From the NCBI GenBank assembly GCA_003427395.1, contig BFEA01000014.1, positions 3,474,431 through 3,538,430 of the forward strand: a stretch of DNA of 64,000 bases, in the 5' to 3' direction. Within the stretch, counting starts at the first letter, position 1; each line of letters begins with the position of its first letter. Below the pieces are notes generated by a model, which had not been told where the DNA came from, did not search any database, and saw nothing but the letters and a program-made list of their open reading frames with translations. This DNA is from Chara braunii. Its lineage: Eukaryota > Plantae > Charophyceae. Positions 24,001 through 36,826 of this stretch are shown one piece after another. Position numbers and translations under genes: made by a program.

Positions 24001-25365
24001 GTCCGTACCCCTCCGGCCGCTAAAGAGGAAGTGTTGTGTCAAGGGTTGTTTGAAAACCCATTCATTCTGGATGAGAATGGGGATGAGTTTTCGGTAGGAT
24101 CAAAACCAAGCGCCTTTGGGAAAGCCTGGATATGCAGAGGTGTGTCCCGTCTCGCGGACATTTGGTCTTTGCTCACGGGTATTTGGAAGCCGAGGGAGGA
24201 GATCAGACAGTCACTACATGGACTGAGACGAGTGGATGAGAATTGGAGCAAACTTAAACAAGCAATACCTCCGGACTGGCTTCGCCTCATAGGGCCAGAG
24301 GGTTTGGACCCCCTCGGCACATGGTATGTCCCAGAAGAGGAAGTAGCAAGCGGTACAGTTTGGCAAGTGATAGCAAGGACTGAGAGTGGTTTCCGAAAAT
24401 TCCAAAAGTGGCACCCCTCAGACTTCGTGGGTGGACTGGTGAGAGGTGACACTGAGATTGTCAGGCAGTGGCCCAACCCTCCACATGCTAGAGTCCTGGT
24501 AGTATTGGACGAAGGCGGTGAGATAATCAAGGCTCGTTGGGCGGGTCAGACCCCGCTCAGACAACTCACAGTAGATCCGTTGGCATGGAGTTGGTCGGCA
24601 GCAGATCACCGGCCAGACTCATCTGCTCTTTGTTTAGCAGACTTCTCAGTCAGAAGCTCCTACCGCTTAGCCGACCCAAAGCGCAAAACCCCGGCCCAGG
24701 TGGCAATCTTCAGGTGGAGTGCTATTCTACAACAAGACCTTTCACATGCTGGTCATAAATTCCAGAAGTTGTGGGCCTCCTTATTAGAGCTGCCGAACTC
24801 CAAACATATAGTCATCATGTGGATATTATCCATGGTAGTGACTCCGTCAGCTGTTTGGCTGAGTGGCAAAGGCATGGAGGTACACCTGGGCTGCACCCGC
24901 TGTACCTGGCCGTTTGAGTCCACCCGCCATCTGTGGTGGGACTGCCCGGCCTCTAAGCGTATCTGGAATTGGTGGGCCCTACATTGGAGGCAGATGGGAG
25001 GAGGAGAGGTGGAATGGAATGAGGAGTGGGTCCTGCTGGGCTTCGTGCCTAATAACTGTACAGGCAAGAGGGGTTGGTCCTATGTCGCACAGGTAGTCAG
25101 AGTTGTGATCTGTGCGGTAATCTGGGCGGACAGGAACAGATCGAGGTTTGAGGTTAGACCGCTGGCAGATATAGAGGCCAAGAGAATGATAAAGCAGAAC
25201 CTGTGCCAGGCTATCCACTTCGAAAGGTGGAAGAAGACAAAGAAGGGCAAAGGTCCGAGACACTCGATCTGGTGGTTTCTCAGAACCTGGGCGTTAGGAA
25301 ACCAGCTGGCTGGTATCCACAATTCTCGGGGATTAGTTCTGTCCAGATGGCTGACAGACTATTAG
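21100..25365 (+). pseudogene. LINE ORF2: APE endonuclease, reverse transcriptase and C-terminal zinc finger, frameshifted in the endonuclease
   Basis: EN motifs WNVRGL, IQETK, GDWN, RFDY, SNHKPV. RT motifs PGVDG, LDLEKAYDRV, LRQGCPLAP, LADD, FLG. Zinc finger CTRC...HLWWDC. Confidence 0.93.
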
Positions 25366-26027
25366 GCTGGTTAGCAGAAAGAAGTAGGGGTGCTGAGAGA
25401 CAGTGATTAGGGCTCTCACCCTAGTTTAGGCCGGTAGTGTAGGGTAATAGTGCAGGGTAATAGTGTAGGAAGTAGGCGGTTTAGTAGGATGGAATGAGAG
25501 TAGGTTAGTTAGGAGGGGATCGATGAACCAGGGCATCTCGGTTCGGTTCAGACCACGGGAGGTCAACCGGGTTGGGAGGGAGGGAGAGTGTCAGGGTCAT
25601 GTTGGAACGTATAGTTCCGACTGGTCGCACAGACCGGTTCTTCATGCCGTCTTAGGCCTGTATAGTCAGCAGTAGGTAGTAGGTAGTAAGTAGGTAGGGG
25701 TAGTAGAGGTTAGCAACGAAAATTGACTAGAAGGAATGTGTACCTGGGGATAAAAGTTCTCTTACAGTCTCTTTGGACATTGGTTGGTTGTTTTTGAGCG
25801 AAGTAGAAGGGGTGATGGATTGTAGAACTAACAGCAGTCTCTGAACTGTAAGAGAAACTGGCTAATGCTGCCAGAGTGTTACTCCGGGTTGAATTGTGGG
25901 GTCCCCGACCCTGGTCACTTCTTTCTTGAAATTTAAAGCAACTTAAAAAAAAATAAAAAATAAAAAATAAAAAAAAATAAAAATCGGGATTTATTTTGGT
26001 TTCTGACAAGGTGCTTTTCTCTGCTTA

Positions 26028-26535
26028 GGACCTCATCCCACCATACTTACAGTAAGTAAAATATCCATTTTTTTGGTATCCCACCGGCTTCCTTGAATCC
26101 CGGGGCCTCCGGTGTGAACGGAGTGATGTGAAAATGGTTCAGGACGTGGCGTTCGTAGAGTGAACTTCGGGAGCTCTGTTTTGTCGTTTTCGTAAAAGCA
26201 ACAGGCCTGTACCCTGTTTCGAAAAGCTGTTGTGTTTTTTTTCTTTTTTTTCTTTTCTTTTTTTTTTCCCTGTCCGTTGTTGGGCCTGGTTCGTCCGTGG
26301 TCTCGAAGAGGCTTGCTGGTGGGACACCGTTCCGGCCCACAAACGTCCGTTGGAATTCGAAAAAACAGACCAACTTTGCAGACCGCCCAACAAAGGCCGC
26401 CGCCACTCACGTAAGATCTCCTTCAATGTCGGGAGGGTGGAGTACGATTTTACTTACCGAATGCAAAACCTGCGGACCAGGCTTTTACGCTTCTTTTGGA
26501 CTTTTACTTACTGTAAGTATGGTGGGATGAGGCCC
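26028..26535. mobile_element. PIF/Harbinger (Tourist-like) MITE, 508 bp
   Basis: ~34-bp TIR GG(A/G)CCTCATCCCACCATACTTACAGTAAGTAAAA with a TTA TSD on both sides. Confidence 0.9.
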
Positions 26536-27016
26536 TTATAGCTGCAGCCTACGATCAAGACAAGGACGCAGTTTTAGGAGTTTTAGAGTGGCTCAGGGAG
26601 AAACTCTTGGTACTAGCAGCGGTGCCTCCTGGAGCAGTGTGAGTGCGACGAGGGGCGGTGGGAACGCTACTGGTCAGGTGGAAAGTGAGAACCGGTGAAG
26701 AGCAAACTTGAGTTGTTACCATTGAGATCAATATGCCATAAAGATCCAAGGGAGCGTGGTGGGAAACCCATCATGGCAGCTCATGCTCTTTACAGGGTGT
26801 TTGGAAAGCCATAATGAGAGAGTAACCCTGATGGAGAAGAGGGATTTCGTTGGTGAGATGATCTAGCTGGCACATGATTCTGTCTTGGCTCCTAGATCTT
26901 TAAGCAGTAGATTTGGTCTTGTGGATAAGATATCGATATTGGTGTTTTGATTAATGAGTGTTGTTAACGCTTTCGTGAAACACATCCTTTGGAATCTCCT
27001 AACGATAACCCGACAA

Positions 27017-29037
27017 TGTGACACCCCAACCACACGCCCAGCGCGACTTCCTGATTGGAGTAGAATGGGGGCCTGGAAGTGCGAAAAGGGGTGTGCCAAG
27101 GATTTTGGGAAAAGTGGGGGTGGAGTCCCAGGTCAGAACTGAGATCTCCTGTGGCAGAGTTGTTCGGGGGCACGGGTGCAATTTGGCAGAGAGGGCGGAC
27201 CAATTCTGGTCATAAGGCAAATGGCATGCGCGGGTCACTTATGGCCGTGCGATCCATCTGTGTTGAGGACGGCGGTTCATCGGAAGAATTCTTCGGGGTG
27301 GGTATAATCCCGATGAGTCCGGTCATCGGTTATCGCCATGTGGCGCCGGTCGTCGTACGTTCTGGTTGGGCCCTCGCGGTCCCGAGGCTCTCTGGTGTCG
27401 ACAATTTCCGCAGGGCGTGCTGGGCCAGTAGGGGGCTATGGCTTTCCAAGGGATGACCCTGAGTTGGTGATACGGGAGAAGAAGGCGGAAGGAAGGGTAG
27501 TTAGTGGAGATAACGACAAAGCCGGGGGAAATAAAGTAGTGAGTGTGGTCCGCGGTGGGGAAATCAGAACACCGTGGATCGCTGGTTGTGGCACAGTGGA
27601 ACTCCCTAGGACACAGTCGGTTTTCGGTTAGGCAGGGGAACCTCTGTCGGAGGCACTCCTCAATCCAAGGGGTGAAGTACTCCGGGTTGTACGATAAACT
27701 TGAGCTCCCGGAGCACGTCATTATGTCATCGTGGAGCCGCGAAAGTCCTAAGGACGTGTCCTCATTGATTGCGATCACCTCTTGTGAATACGTGTAGGCT
27801 GTACGAGGCACGCTTACACGTGTTCACACGGGATGATTGTTTCATTGCTGACGTGGAAGGTCCGCATCCCATCACTCAATATCCCCGTAATAGTCAAGTT
27901 TGTGAGTCGACGCGGGGGGATTCGTGCAAGTGTGCAGATCAGATCGCACTTACGCGCGCCCTTGCGCGGTGTTCGCTGGTTTTCTGGGCAACCAATTATC
28001 CGATCACCTAATCATTCCGTAATTTCCGAGTATGCAAGATGCAACAACCACAAGAGCTCGATCAGAAGATAAGCAAAAATGGAAACAACATTGATGACTA
28101 CGCAAAATTCCTACCCTATTCAGAAGTGCATCAAGATGGTAAGCAAAGGCAAGGATCAGGCAGAAAGACAAGTAAACAGACACGACATCCATTCATCCAT
28201 TCACACACCATATCCGAGATGGAAATAACAAAGACGAGTATGGATGAGAGAAAACCAAGCCAAGATTCCGAAAACAAAAACGGGCGAATCGCCCTGATCC
28301 GAAATCAAAATTTATATACACCATCGGAGAAGGAGAAAAGACAAAAGAAACAGCAAATCCACGTCCATCGACCTCAGCTCCCTCTTCCTCTCTCTCTCTC
28401 TCTCCGATGCGGACAATCCGTCGTCATGCACCAACCCACGAAGCCGTCACCCCGCTTAGTCCTCCCGCACCCGTCAGGTTCGCCCGCGCCCACAGTCCGT
28501 CGTGGCTCGGGTCAACCCCGCGCGTTTGGCACCAGCTCATCGGGTCGCCCGACTCCCACTTCAACTCACCTCTTACTTTGCTCGTGAGCCGACCCTTCCT
28601 GATCGCGCTACCCCAGCGTCCACTTAGCTGGTTAAGAGAGCTAACTAATTGCGCAGCCGGAATTTATAGCGTGCATGCAAGATTCGAAAAAGAATTCGAA
28701 AAAGAAAATTAAAAAAAAACAAAGAAAATTCCCTCGCGATGTCCGCGCCTAAAAGGTCCGAGCTCGAATAAAAAAGGAAGCGACGTCAACATTTATTAAT
28801 CGCGCGTATGACAGCGCGCCAGCCATCCAACCGACCAATCGACCGATCGTCTCGAGACACGCCCTGTTCCGAACCCAACCATCTAAAAAGGAAACGACGA
28901 AAAAGACGAAGAAGCAGGGACACCAATGCAATTTCCTTCTTATCTTGATCTCCCGTAATGGACCCATTCCTCCCAGCTAAGGACCTTTCATCGCTATCGC
29001 GCAAAAAATCGCGCGGTGCGGAAATCGGTTCGTCACA
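27017..29037 (-). repeat. 3' LTR (2021 bp)
   Basis: Direct repeat of 37503-39947, lacking a ~430-bp segment present at ~39165-39590. Confidence 0.9.
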
Positions 29038-31593
29038 TATGTGACGCCCAGGGGGTTCCAATATTACCAAGCTCCTGCTTGCTTGTTGACACATGTCGAT
29101 ATCTCTTATCGATCGACAAATGAAACTTTTCTTTTTGTGCCACTTACCGTTCAAATGAGTGTGGACGTCGTCCAGTGTGGCAAACACAGCTCGTAACTAC
29201 CAATTCCTCAGGAAGGACCATTGACAATCCAAGGAGGATCACACGCATGATCGCAACGATACGCGCACCAATCAACCGATCACCAGTGTCCAGTGGGGAG
29301 AGGGAAGGGAAGATGGTACATGGGGGCATGGCGAGTGGGAGGGTTAATCGGGAGAGGGGGCAGGAAACTGTCCAACCTTGCCACCGTTTCCAGAAGTTCT
29401 TGGTATCGAACGATCCAGTGGAAACGGGGGAAGCGATTACCACTATGGGGGAGGGAAGCAAGATAGTCTGGATAAAGGGTGGTAAGGGTGCGGAAGAGGG
29501 CCGCACGGAAATGGTTGTAGTTTTCGCATGTGGGGATAGTCCTCGTAATCATGCAATAAACTTCGACCATATTGTGGTCTCGCCACGCGGCGCTTAGGAG
29601 AAGGATATGGAGGTAGAAGTCGGGGAGGGCGCATCGGGTCGAGGGGTGGGGATGGATTGTGACAATAAGACGGGTGGCATAGAAGAAGCGGAAGGTGTCG
29701 AAGGGGAAAGGGTTGTGGGGGAAGACAACGTGGGTAGTAGCCTGGCGGAGGGTGAGATGGTAAAGGGGACGGCGGGATAAGGACGGGGGACGAAGCCCGA
29801 TGCCCCGCATCAATACGGGCTCGAACTGGTGGACGGTCGGTGGTGGAGGGGGAGGGGGATCGGCTTCGTCGTCGCCTTGCTGGTGCGGCCGAAGTCTCGG
29901 CAGCTGGGTCCCCATCCTCGGGCTTGGGCAACTCTAGATCTCGGGTCGGATCGTCGGTGAGCTGCTGATTGGCTTCGCTGGCGAATTCCAGCTGTCGTTT
30001 CCCGGCCGCAATCTCTTCTCTCTTGCGTGCCGCTTCGGGGTCTTCCGCCTGTGCGCCCGCTTGCTCTCCTTCTTTCGGCGCGGTCTCCCACTCCGATTCC
30101 TTCGACTCTAGCTCTTCCTCTTCGTCTCTTGTTCTTCTTCTTCCTCCTCCTCACTTTGTTCCCCTTCGCTGTGCTCGTTGTAACTCCCCTCTTCGGGAGT
30201 TTCGTTCCCGTCGTCTCCCTCCTCCTCTTCTTCTTCTTCTTCTTCTTCTTCTCCTTCTTCTGCTTCTTCTTCTGCTGCTACCGCCTCGTCCTCGGTGGTC
30301 GTTCGACCCCGGAAGTAGGCGGGATTGATGATCTCTCGTGGGCTCAGATAATCCCGCTGCGATGGCGGGTTGCGGTCGCTTCCCGGCTCCTCAAGGCACG
30401 CTGACCACTAAAGATACGGCGCCAAGGTCCGCGTGAGAACGTGCGGGACCGGGCTCTCATCACTTTGCGACACGATCTCCAAAGGAAGATCGTCGGCTAG
30501 CTGCGCGAGTGGGACCGTAAGCTCCCGGACAATCGGTTTGCGATGACTGGGCCGCACCGATCCGAACAAGAATCCGAGAACATCGCCCTCCACGTCCGTT
30601 TTCTAGGCCTGGATAATCAGCCACTCCAAGTACTCGCTCCACTCGCGATGGTCTTTGTCCCTTGTCCACGTGATTCGTACCCCGACCAGGCACACCGAAA
30701 ACTCGACGAAGTGCTCGGGCCAAAGTCTCCACTGTCCAGGACCGATAAGGGGGACTGCGAGCGGCTCTAGGCAAAAAGAGAGACGAGGGTGGAGACTAGA
30801 TAGCCAGAAGGTGGGGAAGAGAGATGGGAGGGCGAAAGTGGAGAGTTGGGAGTGGTTCATTGGGGAGGCTGGAAAGGGTTAAGCTCTGGCAGCACCACCG
30901 TTGGCTCGTGATGGAATGCTTGGATCCCTGCGAGCTCAACGCCGTCGTTTGGGAAAAGATTATCCCCCCGACGCGTAAGAGAGTGGTTCCACTCCATGGT
31001 CAATTGCTGCGCCCACTTCCTTAGTGATGTCCGGGTGGCGGTATGCCGGACCGAGCTGATGTTGCCATTGAAGCCGACAACCGTGGACACGTGGCTAATC
31101 CCCGAAGCCGATCGTCGATGGACAGCCACCACTTCTGCCAGTACCACCACCTGAGGACTGCCCGTGAATCGGAACTCCGCCGCGGCATACACTCCCGAAG
31201 TGCAGAAGAACTGCGCCAGTCGTAGAAGGTCCTGGTTGAGCCGTGGATGGCACACCTGCCGAATCGTCGAAATGTATCCTCGTGGCGTTAAGAGATGGTC
31301 GTCGAGGGCTTGCTCCGTGAGAAAGCTCATGGCGATGGTGGCGGGGACGGGGTGTCTGAGAAAGAACGAGATGAAGAAGGATAGGCAGGTGATAAGCAGT
31401 TGTCGTTTTCTTCTTCAGCAGAGGAGGAGACAGATGAAGGTGGAGAGGGCGAAGAAGGAAGGAGATGTAGATAGGACACGTGGCGGGTGATCGGTCGAGC
31501 CGATCAGCTGCCGGAGACCTCAGGCGCAAGCCGCACGGTGTTCACGCCGTTCGGTCTGAGCTCAATCACGCGGAATCGTGGCGCTAGCTTACC

Positions 31594-32530
31594 CTAACGA
31601 GCACATTTCCTTACCTGCACGATGTCCCCCAATTTGTATTGGGGCCGTGGACCTGCGTTCCCGTTCCGGGCCTCGTAGCTCCAGACCTGTCGGTCGTGGG
31701 CCAACTTGGTCATTTTCTGGCGTTTTCGGGCTAGCATGGGGAGGGACCGTTCCATTAGCTCTAAGTGCCGCTTGGCCTTGTCCCGAACCGTGACCCTTGT
31801 GGGCCGCCGGTTCAGCGTTGACTCATCGGGAAGGCTCGGTATTGAAACGCAAGCGATGCTATTGGTCCTTAATTGGAAGGGGCTCAGGCTCGTCGATTTG
31901 TGGGGCGTTCTGCGATGGACCGCCAGGATGTGGTCGACGATATCGGGCCAAGGCCTCGGATCGCGTGCCGCGATGTTTCGTCGCAGCGCTGTCTTTATCA
32001 CCCTATTTGCGTTTTCTACCAGCCCGTTGGATTGTGACATGTGGGGCGCAGTATTCCGCACAGCGACACCGTGTATGACCAGATTCCTCAACACTTCCCC
32101 TCTGAACTCCGCCCCGTTATCGGTCAGGATCTCTTCTGTGTCCTGGTGCATCCCGAGAAAACGGTTAACATACCGCACGATTTCAGCGGCTTGCCGCGTG
32201 CAATATAGGTAGGCCTCGATCCATTTCGAAAAATGGTCGACAAACACCAACAGGATTGAATACTCACAACTATTAGGACCGGGGGGTACCACAATATCGG
32301 TAGTATCCATGCTAACCCTTTGAAAAGGCCGCTCAATTACCGTCGACATTATCGATCTTGGTGGCTGAATCAGCGCCTTGTCAGCAACACAGACTTGGTA
32401 GTTCGCGATGATGAATTTCACATCGTCCTGATTATTGGACCAGTACCATTCATTTTGGTCGATTGCTGACTCTGTAATCTATACGGCAAAATGGGTAGTC
32501 GTTTCCTCGTGTGTCGTCTTCACCCAGTGA
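31594..32530 (-). pseudogene. Integrase (HHCC remnant plus rve DDE core)
   Basis: RPFQRVSMD, FVDHFSKW, LTDNGAEF and SNGLVENAN, with an upstream H...THF...YW...C zinc-binding remnant. Confidence 0.9.
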
Positions 32531-32804
32531 TACCTCATGAACGGATGTGGTACAAACATCCAAATCCCACTACCGGACGTTTTCCGCTTTTCTAACCTGC
32601 CCTCGACCCATCGATAATCCCGAGCCCTTTCATTGGCCCTCCTCTGATCTTCCGTGGTGAAGCCCTGAAGGGGGTTACCCACTAAGGTAGCAATCAAAGC
32701 GATATCGGTCCATACTTCAACCCTTCTAAACTTCCGGGTTTTCTCCAACCCTTCTGACGTGGCATCCAAAAAGCGAGCCTCGGCCGGGATTTTGTTAACC
32801 CGAC

Positions 32805-32970
32805 ACAAGGGCCACAGCCACGGCTTATTGTCATTTTTGTATTGGATGCACGAGCCATGGGCTCGTGAGACGCACTGACGACAGTCTTCCCATTCCGCAT
32901 AGCCTTCCCCGTTAGGACGCATGGAGACCGAGTACACGCGAGAGATTGCTTCGCAAAAATGACAAAATTT
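32805..32970 (-). CDS. PHD-finger-like domain within Gypsy pol
   Basis: CHFC...W.DCRQC...AHGSC...WL(W)PLC has C4HC3 spacing with one Cys changed to Trp. Confidence 0.7.
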
Positions 32971-33034
32971 ATCAGGCAGGGAAAGAAGAGATGAGGAGGA
33001 GAAGGGAGAAAGAGAGGTTACGGGATTACCTCCG

Positions 33035-33556
33035 TCACCCATTGCCACCGGCATGCTTCTTGCCACGTGGGAGAACTGCCACTTGCCCGTATTGAGGCCC
33101 GTTCTCTGGTTCTGACTCCTTCCACGGATTGATTTCCTCGCCCTTAGGTACTTCAGCGGGTCGATGCATACGTGTTAGTCCGTCCGCGTTGCCGTGTCTT
33201 TCCGTCTTTCGATGGATGATGTCGAAATCGTACTCCTGCAGACGTACCGCCCGACGTCCAATCATGCCCCTGTAATTAGTGAGCTTCTTTAAAGCCAGCA
33301 GGGGCTCGTGATCCGTCACGAGGCGGAACTTTTGTCCGTAAAGATACGGATGGAAGTGTTGGATTCCCCAGACTACTACATAGCATTCGCCTTGAGGTGC
33401 TGAATCGTTCCTCCGTTCGTCCGACACTGTTCGTGATGCATACTCGATGATGTGTTCGCGACCATCGTTCCCGTTCTGTACTAGAATGGCGGAGATCGTT
33501 TCCGGTTGGCAGTCTGTTATAAGAATAAATTTCTTGGTGGGGTCCGGCCGGATCAA
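33035..33556 (-). pseudogene. RNase H of Gypsy pol
   Basis: FILITDC, IEYASR, ECYVVVWGIQHFHPYLYG, TDHEPL, NADGLTR. Confidence 0.9.
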
Positions 33557-33598
33557 AATTGGTGCAGTGGACAGGGCCTCCTTGAGTGCATCAAAGGC

Positions 33599-34324
33599 TT
33601 ACCCGCACTCAAGGTCCCACTGCAGAGGCTGGTCCTTTCGAAGCAGGTTCGTAAGAGGCCGAGCAATCGCCGCAAAACCCTTGATAAAACGGCGATAGTA
33701 CGATGCCAGGCCTAAGAAGGCTTGAACCTGCGCCAGCGACGTGGGAACTGGGGCTTCTTTTACGGCCACAACTTTCCTGGAATCCGGTCGCAGTCCTCCA
33801 CATGTCACTACATACCCCAAGAACGAAATTTTCGAGAGGAAAAAATCGCTCTTCTCGAATGCAATCTTGAATCCAGCGTCTCGCAGTGCTCCCAACGTCC
33901 ACTCAATGTGTTGTGCATGTCTGTGATACGTCTCCGAGTAGACAAGGATATCATCCATGTACACGATCATGCAGAAGTTGATCATTCCCTTAGTCAGCCG
34001 TGTCTTGTTGACGAAGTTCTGGAACCTTACGTTCATTGCTCGTTGAAACGTGGCAGGCGGGTTACAAATTCCCATCGGACATCGAACCCACTGCCACGTG
34101 CCTTCAAACAATACGAAGGCTGTCTTTGGTCGATCTTCCTCCTTAACTAGAATGTGATGGAAGCCATGTCGAATATCAAACTTGCTAAAATAATTAGCAC
34201 ACCCAATCGCATCCAACAAATCATCAATCCGAGGGAGGGGATACACATCTTTAATCGTGATTTCATTCAGTTTGCGATAATTGATACATATGCGGATTGA
34301 TCCGTTCTTCTTTGGTACTAACAC
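33599..34324 (-). pseudogene. Reverse transcriptase of Gypsy pol
   Basis: RICINYRKLN, YPLPRIDDL, KTAF, PMGICNPPATFQ, YMDD, FLGY. Confidence 0.95.
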
Positions 34325-35261
34325 TATTAGAAATGACCATGGTCCAGTGGCAGGTTCGATCCAACCACTTGCTTCGAAATTCTCGAATTCGTTCGAGAGC
34401 CTTTTTCCGTTCTGTCAGGGAATATCAGGAAGGCTTGCAGTGAATTGGGGAATGATTTCCTGTCTGCATTTCGTGTTGAATGACCAACGACAAGTCGATG
34501 TCAGTGTCCATTACACTAATCGCTCCCTTATACTCCGTCAGAATGTCCGCAATCAAACGATGAATCTCACCAGGTAAGAACTGTGGAACATGTAACTCGA
34601 AAAGCTTATCCCAGATCTGTACGTCGATCTCCTTTGTGTGCGCTTGTTTTGCCACATCGGGTGGTGGCGCCGAGATAAACGAATGGTCCGATCGCCAAGA
34701 GAACACCATGGCCATCATCTGGGCGTCTTCCTCCCGGATGGCCACGTGTCCTTCCGGGGTGATTCCATGGCAGATATCTTGCCATGGTACGGTTTTAGTC
34801 GCGATCTTAACTCCAAGCTCGTCTGATTCAACCTCGAAACGCCTAGGGGGTTCCAAAGAACTGGCTTCCGCCCCCAAGCGTAACAGTCGTAGTTCTTTTG
34901 CGGGTGATAGCAAGGATCGTGATAGATCCGTGATGTCGCAAAAAACTCTCTTATCGTTATATCGTGCGAGAAGAGGGGCCGTTCCTTCGTACAGGGTCCG
35001 AGGGGTTCCAGAGCATCGACCATCCTCGAGATCTGTACGAGGGGTTCACCCAAAATCATTGCCTGGGTCCTTTGTTCATTCCGAGTAGTTAGATGCATCG
35101 TTCTTGCGATTGTTCTGGGTGGAGGATAGTAAACACGCTATCGTACTAGTTTTAAAATTTACGGATCATTTTCGTCACTGTTATCCGTATCTTTCGATGA
35201 TGGCTCATCGTCTGCGAAGTTTTTCTAGGTGATCATGCGAAGAGTTCCCGTTATCATCGGA

Positions 35262-35789
35262 CAACAGAAAAATTCCCACGAGAAATGAAAGTTGAGAAAA
35301 CATTCCATAAAAAAAAAATCCTTCATATTTATAAATTATCATTCCTGGACCAATGTTCGTCAAATTCTAAAATTTCCAGTTTTATTTGAGAAGTTCCCGT
35401 CTAAATATGAGTTTTCGCTTCCAACTACGTCTATTTGTTCAAGATGGAATGGAAGTCTGAACGAGTTTATGAAATGTTTTAATTAAAATTTCATTGTACT
35501 ACAACAAATGTCTTATAATTTGGATTGGAGTAACATATTTATGACTGAAAATCCTTACTTAGAATGAGAGTCCAATTACAATATTTCATGAACTCGTTCA
35601 GACTTTCATTTCATCTCTAGCATGCAGTCCAAATAAGAAGGGATACCCTATTCCTGGAATGAAAGTTTGGAAGTAAGATGAAAATTTTTAAAATTGGAAT
35701 GACATTTTTAAAGATGGAATGAAAATTTAAAATTTAGATTGTAATTTTACGATAGAATGATTATTTAATTATAGGAAAATTTTTCGTTG
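35262..35789. mobile_element. AT-rich 528-bp MITE nested in Gypsy pol
   Basis: TIR CAAC(A)GAAAAATT with a 2-bp TSD GA. Removing it restores the pol peptide NAVPRVSPMITGTLRMI. Confidence 0.75.
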
Positions 35790-35886
35790 GAGAAACTCGC
35801 GGGACTGCGTTGATGGTAGTACGAAGAGTCATCCTCATAGGTACAACATAGGGTTTTCGTCCCGTATTTCAGAGGATGATTGACCG

Positions 35887-36252
35887 TCACTCGAAATCGA
35901 GGTTTGCTCGTAACGCTACAAGAGCGGGAAGGCCGAAAATGACATCGTAGGTATTTACGTCTAATACTACGACATCTCCCAGCGCATGCACCTTCCCTAA
36001 TCGAAAAGCAACATTGGTCATTCTTCCCACTGTCTTGATTTTTTCTTCGTCTGCCGAAACGAGCTGATCGTTTTCCGCAAGCATAATTAGATCGTTTTTC
36101 CTACCTGCCCTCTCAACTACTCGCAGCGAAATAGCCAGAACAGCAACTCCTGAATCAATGATTGCATTGTATGGAATTCCCCATATTTCAATGTCGCATT
36201 CCGCAGATTTCCAAGGGATGGGTTTAATCCGTAGGAAACAATCATCTTTCAT
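35887..36252 (-). pseudogene. Retroviral-type aspartic protease
   Basis: AIIDSG catalytic motif and YDVIFG C-terminal motif. Confidence 0.85.
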
Positions 36253-36826
36253 GATTAAGCCTATTCGTATTGGATCCGAAGTGCCAACCGTATTTTCATC
36301 TAGCGTGAGATTTTTAGCCTACACGTTCGTTGTTCGGACGATGGCGAATCGTTTTTGATTCGCCTTACAGTGTTGTAACATTCGCTCATTAGCTTGTTCA
36401 GAGATCGAAGACAGATGGCCGATCGGAAGTGGAATCTGATGGTCCAAAGCCCGGATGATGTTCAACACATCGATTTCCCCAGTAACGAAGGTGGGTCCTC
36501 CCGACTCCATCTCTCCTGGAGAAGGTCGCCACTCCGCCACTTCTTTCTGTTCCGGCGCCGGTCTGATCGTTCCAATCATTCCAAGCCCCGGATAACGAAG
36601 CGACACGTATTGGTCCAAGGGGATGAGCTCAACAGCCTCTTCCGTGGTTGCTAACGTACTTCCTCTACCTTTTATTTCCTCCATCTGGGCCAGACATAAA
36701 TCCCCTGTTCTCAAACTTAATTTGCAACGCGGCCAGTTCAGCTTTTGCCCTCGCAAGTTCGGACGAATCCCCTTCCTTAAGATAGTCTTCTCCTTTCAGG
36801 AAGTTTGCCGCAAACTTTCGTTCCAT

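Larger units (their letters stand above)
18249..25979 (+). mobile_element. Full-length L1-clade (L1/Tx1-like) non-LTR retrotransposon, ~7.7 kb
   Basis: ORF1 and ORF2, an A-rich tail at 25945-25980, a 13-bp TSD AAAATCGGGATTT (18236-48 and 25980-92), and a TTT/AAAA target site typical of L1 endonuclease. Confidence 0.92.
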
